A DNA stretch of 64,000 nucleotides, from the NCBI GenBank assembly GCA_963811105.1, contig CAWEPZ010000011.1:1312001-1376000 (forward strand), given 5' to 3'. The notes below the pieces were generated by a model. It searched no databases, was not told the DNA's origin, and worked only from the letters and a program-made list of their open reading frames with translations. The position numbers and the translations under genes are program-made. Below are positions 59,387-64,000 of the stretch, piece after piece (position 1 is the first letter of the stretch; every line of letters begins with the position of its first letter). This DNA is from Candidatus Bathyarchaeota archaeon. GTDB lineage: Archaea; Thermoproteota; Bathyarchaeia; Bathyarchaeales; Bathycorpusculaceae.

Positions 59387-62029
59387 ATGGAGAAAAAGAA
59401 AATGCAAAATTCAAGAATTAAAGGAAAGACTCTCGTAATCGCTATTGTTGTTCTTTTGATGACTTCCGCTATCTTAATGGATGTCAAAGTTCAAACCGTT
59501 CAAGCACAACTTGCAGCGAAGCAGCCGTACAGTGGACCACTAAAAACCGGCGATATCGCGGACGGAACCTTCCACAGTGAAATTTCAATCAGCGCTCGAC
59601 CCAAACTCGTAGGCCTTGGCCAAGAAGTCCTAGTCAACATGTGGGTCACACCCGCAGCCGCAGCAGGTCGCAAACTTCTGGGTTACCATGTGACAATCAC
59701 CAAACCAGACGGAACTACAGACCAAATGACGCTGGATTCCGAAAGAGATACCGCAGCTACATGGTTTGACTACTATCCAGACCAAGTTGGCGAATACAAG
59801 TACAAAGTCGATTTCCCAGGAACGTTCCTACCACCTGGCGTCTACAATGACGGAAAAATCTACGTCGACACAGCAGCAGCAGGTGCAGGCTATCAAGGAG
59901 TACCAACAATCTATACAGGCTCAAGCTACTATCTACCCGACTCTAGCCCAGAATACAGCTTCACTGTTCAAAAAGATATGGTAGCATCTTGGGGTGCAGC
60001 CTCGCTACCAACTGACTACTGGACGCGACCTGTGGCGCCAGAACTTAGAGAATGGCTCCCAATCATAGGAGACTGGCCTTGGTATGGACCTGCAGGCGCT
60101 GACTACGCACAACTTTACCCTAACACTAGCCCTGCCTGGAGTCCACGAACTGACTTCTATCCATATGTCCAAGGACCGAGTACCGCGCACATAGCATGGA
60201 AACTAGTGCAAAACATAGCAGGCATTACTGGCTCTGGCAGATATGCCACCTACGGCGCTGAAGGATGGAGCTATGACGTTCCAGCCGCAACCACATCATC
60301 ATCTCCAAGCCAAATTACAATGGTCATTGCAGGACGAGGTTACATGACAGTTCCAAGAGTAAGGTCAGAAATGATCAATGGCACTATTCAGCAAATGGCA
60401 ACGACCGCTTTGGACTGTGTTGACATTCGCACTGGAGAAGTGCTCTGGGAAGTAGACGGATTCACACATTCACAAGGCTTGGCTAGTTTCGGAAGCTGGA
60501 TATTTGGTGGTGCAATCGAGTACCCATCCACGATCGTTTACCTAGACGGCAGCAGACTCTGCAAGTACAATGCAAATACTGGCGCCCAGACACTAAACAT
60601 GTCGATTTCACCGTTAACATCAGCTATTCACTACAAGAATGGATACGCCTTAGGCGTACAAACATTAGGCTCTGGAGCAACAGCAACATACCGACTGATC
60701 AACTTCACCACAGCTGGAACTTCCACCAACTTCACGACTAGAATAGCGGGGAACATTACCTGGCCGATGAGCAGTTTTCCAGCTACTACCGATTTCGATT
60801 TAGGCATAGCTGCTTCGTTTGGACGTGGCTTGATTGGCAATAACGGCAACACTCCTGAAATGAGGCTAATATCCGTGAGCATAACCACAGGCCAAGTGAT
60901 AGTGAACAAATCATTCGCACCAGTAGGCTCAGATGAATTAATGGGCTACAGCGGCGCATCTGACGTTTGCGATCATGGAATATACGCGTTCCTTACGGCT
61001 TGGGGACAATTCAAGGGATTAGACATCAGAACAGGAAATCTAGCGTGGACGACACCTAGAATGGACGCTCCTTGGGATGTAAACGGTTTCGGCGCTTATG
61101 ATACAACATCAGCCTACGGAATGTTCTACAGAGCTGCATACTCGGGTATCTACGCTTTCGACTGGACAAACGGCAACCTAGTGTGGAAATACGAAGCCCC
61201 AGCTATCAGCCCATACGAAACCCCTTACATTGACTCGAACGGAACCACAGTGTACTCTTTCAACGGTGACTGCTATGCTGCAGACGGAAAAATCTACAGT
61301 ATCAACACTGAACACACGCCTACTCAACCCATCACAAGAGGATGGCAACTTCACTGCATTAACGCCACTACTGGCAAAGGGATATTCAAAACAATACTAA
61401 CAGGAAGCATGGGCGCTATCGCTGACGGATACATGGCAATTTCAGAATCGTATACTGGCACATTGTATGTTTTAGGCAAGGGCAAAACCCAGACAACTGT
61501 TAGTGCACCAGACACTGCAGTGTCGCTTGGAACTCCATTGGTAATCAAAGGCTCTGTCATAGACCAATCACCTGCTCAGCCAAACACTCCGTGCGTTTCT
61601 GCAGACTCAATGTCCACTCAGATGGAACACATACACCGACAACTGCCAATCGACGGTATATGGCACAACATAACTCTAACCGGCGTCCCAGTGACATTAA
61701 CAGCAGTTGACTCAAACGGCAACTACCAAGCCATTGGCACAGTAACATCCGACGGCTATTATGGCACATTCAGCAAGACCTGGACTCCACCAATTCAAGG
61801 CGACTATAAGATCATAGCTTCCTTTGCAGGCGACGATTCCTACGGAAGCTCAGGAGCATCAACTTATGTTACAGTGAGCGCGGCCCAATCAACAGCAACC
61901 CAAACACCACAAAATGTACAAGCAGCACCAGATTACACGATGACAATCATAGCCGCAGCAATCGGAATAGCAATAGTAGTAGTAATCTCCGCAATAGCTA
62001 TCGTGCTATTACTCAGAAAACGACCATAA
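59387..62029 (+). CDS. secreted, membrane-anchored PQQ-like beta-propeller repeat protein (paralog 3)
   Basis: Signal peptide ending VQA-Q; PTDYWTRP, EHTPTQPITRGW, DQSPAQ motifs; PDYTMTI-TM-RKRP tail as in paralog 1. Confidence 0.88.
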   Translation: MEKKKMQNSRIKGKTLVIAIVVLLMTSAILMDVKVQTVQAQLAAKQPYSGPLKTGDIADGTFHSEISISARPKLVGLGQEVLVNMWVTPAAAAGRKLLGYHVTITKPDGTTDQMTLDSERDTAATWFDYYPDQVGEYKYKVDFPGTFLPPGVYNDGKIYVDTAAAGAGYQGVPTIYTGSSYYLPDSSPEYSFTVQKDMVASWGAASLPTDYWTRPVAPELREWLPIIGDWPWYGPAGADYAQLYPNTSPAWSPRTDFYPYVQGPSTAHIAWKLVQNIAGITGSGRYATYGAEGWSYDVPAATTSSSPSQITMVIAGRGYMTVPRVRSEMINGTIQQMATTALDCVDIRTGEVLWEVDGFTHSQGLASFGSWIFGGAIEYPSTIVYLDGSRLCKYNANTGAQTLNMSISPLTSAIHYKNGYALGVQTLGSGATATYRLINFTTAGTSTNFTTRIAGNITWPMSSFPATTDFDLGIAASFGRGLIGNNGNTPEMRLISVSITTGQVIVNKSFAPVGSDELMGYSGASDVCDHGIYAFLTAWGQFKGLDIRTGNLAWTTPRMDAPWDVNGFGAYDTTSAYGMFYRAAYSGIYAFDWTNGNLVWKYEAPAISPYETPYIDSNGTTVYSFNGDCYAADGKIYSINTEHTPTQPITRGWQLHCINATTGKGIFKTILTGSMGAIADGYMAISESYTGTLYVLGKGKTQTTVSAPDTAVSLGTPLVIKGSVIDQSPAQPNTPCVSADSMSTQMEHIHRQLPIDGIWHNITLTGVPVTLTAVDSNGNYQAIGTVTSDGYYGTFSKTWTPPIQGDYKIIASFAGDDSYGSSGASTYVTVSAAQSTATQTPQNVQAAPDYTMTIIAAAIGIAIVVVISAIAIVLLLRKRP

Positions 62030-62052
62030 AAAAGAGAGAACATAAACAACAT

Positions 62053-62071
62053 CCTCTTCTTTTTTTGTTTT
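62053..62071 (+). terminator. oligo-T terminator
   Basis: CCTCTTCTTTTTTTGTTTT downstream of the paralog 3 stop. Confidence 0.5.
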
Positions 62072-62567
62072 AAACTTAAAATGATTATTTCTGCCTTTGA
62101 TGTTACTATACCTTATGTCATCTGTGGACAACTAACCCGCTTTTGCGCTTAGTGATTCTTTGATATTTGTTTCTTCATTCATTTTTAATGCCCATGTTTC
62201 TATTTGTTGTAGTCTAGTTATTACTCTTTCAGAGGTTTGTTTTTTGACTAACGGCAGCGCTGGCCTCACAATTTTTCAAAAAAAATTTGCCTCAATTCTC
62301 ATCAATCTCATACGACGGTGGTACCATATGATTTTGAATGTAGAAAACAATGTCAATTAAGATTAACTTCAAATCATGTATCTAAATACCCGATTTCCAT
62401 AGGCATCTCTACCCAAGCTTCTGAAGTCGATGGACATAAACCCTTTAGAAAGCGTAAATGGTGAAAGGAAACTCTACATGTTTTCCTTTACTTTGAAAAT
62501 TTAATAAATATTATATATGGCTGTTATTCAGAATGTTTGGATTAGAACTAGTACTGTTGGTGAGTGT

Positions 62568-62963
62568 ATGAGTAAACCAGTTGATGTCGGAGAATTACGC
62601 GTTGGCGGCTACATGATGATTGAAGGCGAACCGTGCCGCATAGTCGATATTGCAAAATCTAAACCTGGTAAACACGGATCAGCCAAAGCAAGAATCGTTG
62701 CAATCGGCGTCTTCGATAAACAAAAAAGACAATTTGTTAAGCCAGTCGATCTTGGCGCCGAAGTTCCCCTAATTGATAAAAGAGCAGGCCAAGTTTTTGC
62801 TATTAACCCAACTGGAATACAAATAATGGATCTTGAAACCTACGAATATTTAGATGCTCCATATCCTGAGGAGGACGAAGTCCCTAAAGCCAAGCTTACC
62901 CCAGGCACCGAAATCGAATACTGGAAAATATTGGGTAGAGTAAAAATCGTTAGAGCAAAATAA
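62568..62963 (+). CDS. eif5a: translation factor aIF5A
   Basis: SKPGKHGSAKAR hypusination motif; GGTGA SD before ATG 62568. Confidence 0.96.
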   Translation: MSKPVDVGELRVGGYMMIEGEPCRIVDIAKSKPGKHGSAKARIVAIGVFDKQKRQFVKPVDLGAEVPLIDKRAGQVFAINPTGIQIMDLETYEYLDAPYPEEDEVPKAKLTPGTEIEYWKILGRVKIVRAK

Positions 62964-63534
62964 TCAAGCATTATCCTGAAAGATCTTTCCCTCTATCATT
63001 ATTTTACATTTGGTTTTCTGCCAATTTAGTTCTCATTTCTGTTCTTAATGTTGGTTTACAGTTTTAGCTCCACCAGTTCAAGCCTAATATCTTGAAGATA
63101 AGATATACTGCTGAAAGAATTACCCCCCAAATTATTGCAATGGTTGCGATAACAAGTATAAGGTTACTTTGTAAGTTAACGTAAAAAGCCCAGTACTTAA
63201 AATACCTAAACCTATAAGCAACAAAAAGAAAATGCTTGCATGGATTACACGTTCTGCTGATATTTAGTAAGCCTAATTACTCATGTTTATTTACGTGTAT
63301 TGTTAACAGATTTTCTATCAATGTTTATTTTCTAGTTGGAGCCTTCTGTGGTGAAGCCAATGATGCATGAAGAGCCGTCTGAATTGTGAAGAATAAATTT
63401 AATGGGGAACTGAGGCTTCAACCAACAAAAAAAAGCTTCACAAAAAATAGTTGTTTAAAATTAGGTTTATTTCGATGTTTTTTAGCTTAATCTTTATTTA
63501 AAAGGATTATAGACTGTTTAGGCTGGAGACTCTG

Positions 63535-64000
63535 ATGGCGCTAGACAAGTTAGGTTCTTCTCTAACAGATGCTATAAAGAAACTGTTTAAGGTTGGCGTA
63601 GTGGACGAAGCCGCAGTGAAGGAACTTGTCCGCGACATACAAAGAGCGTTGCTCCAATCAGATGTTAATGTTAACCTTGTCCTCGAAATATCAAAGCGCA
63701 TAGAAGAACGAGCCCTAAAAGAAAAAGTTCCCCCAGGCATTTCAAGACGAGAGCATGTGATAAAAGTTGTTTACGAAGAACTAACTCGCTTTGTAGGTGA
63801 TAAGCCTGTTCCACTCAAAGCGGAGCCAGGCAAAAGAAAAATCATAATGCTTGTCGGAATCCAAGGCTCAGGAAAAACCACCCACGCGGCAAAACTCGCA
63901 CGGTACTTCCAAAAGAGAGGGCTAAAGCCCGCTTTAATTTGCGCTGACACTTTTCGCCCAGGCGCATATGCTCAGCTCCAGCAATTAGCCGCTAGAATAA
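63535..64000 (+). CDS. srp54: signal recognition particle protein SRP54 (partial, runs off window)
   Basis: Manual translation [10 protein letters not shown]...[13 protein letters not shown]...GIQGSGKTT...[12 protein letters not shown]. Confidence 0.96.
   Translation, partial: MALDKLGSSLTDAIKKLFKVGVVDEAAVKELVRDIQRALLQSDVNVNLVLEISKRIEERALKEKVPPGISRREHVIKVVYEELTRFVGDKPVPLKAEPGKRKIIMLVGIQGSGKTTHAAKLARYFQKRGLKPALICADTFRPGAYAQLQQLAARI

Noticed and set aside
548-63740. Numerous 60-190 aa ORFs antisense to or nested in long genes (e.g. 624-995, 21792-22271, 31504-32070, 63507-63740)
   Set aside because: Shadow frames of well-supported genes with no independent motifs
1-64000. tRNA, rRNA or CRISPR arrays
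   Set aside because: No T-loop/cloverleaf signature, rRNA-like tract or regularly spaced 25-40 nt repeats were seen by eye

Overview
Archaeal chromosomal segment, most consistent with Bathyarchaeia (TACK). The evidence is an unsplit RNA polymerase B subunit, both PolD subunits, Elf1, Alba, Cren7-like Zn ribbons and three paralogous membrane-anchored PQQ-like beta-propeller proteins. The right half (39.5-64 kb) is a housekeeping and replication core: DP1, cdc6/orc1, a replication origin with four ORB elements around an AT-rich unwinding element, nitrilase-nadE, elf1, GGGP synthase, DP2, sec61beta, nob1, NAD kinase, eIF5A and a partial srp54. Next to the origin are three uncharacterised HTH genes, one predicted to be membrane-anchored (TM, coiled coil, wHTH). 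They are interleaved with dense arrays of TGTGA/TCACA motifs, making this the best candidate for an undescribed origin-tethering or segregation system. The left half is more accessory. It holds an intact but orphan rpoB followed by a frameshifted stub of rpoA1, unannotated tiny Zn-finger ORFs, beta-propeller surface proteins plus a decayed fourth copy, an aconitase-IDH-ATP citrate lyase operon, and a radical SAM/SPASM enzyme fused to a V4R-like sensor domain. No tRNA, rRNA or CRISPR array was seen. All family calls come from motifs read by eye; no database search was run.
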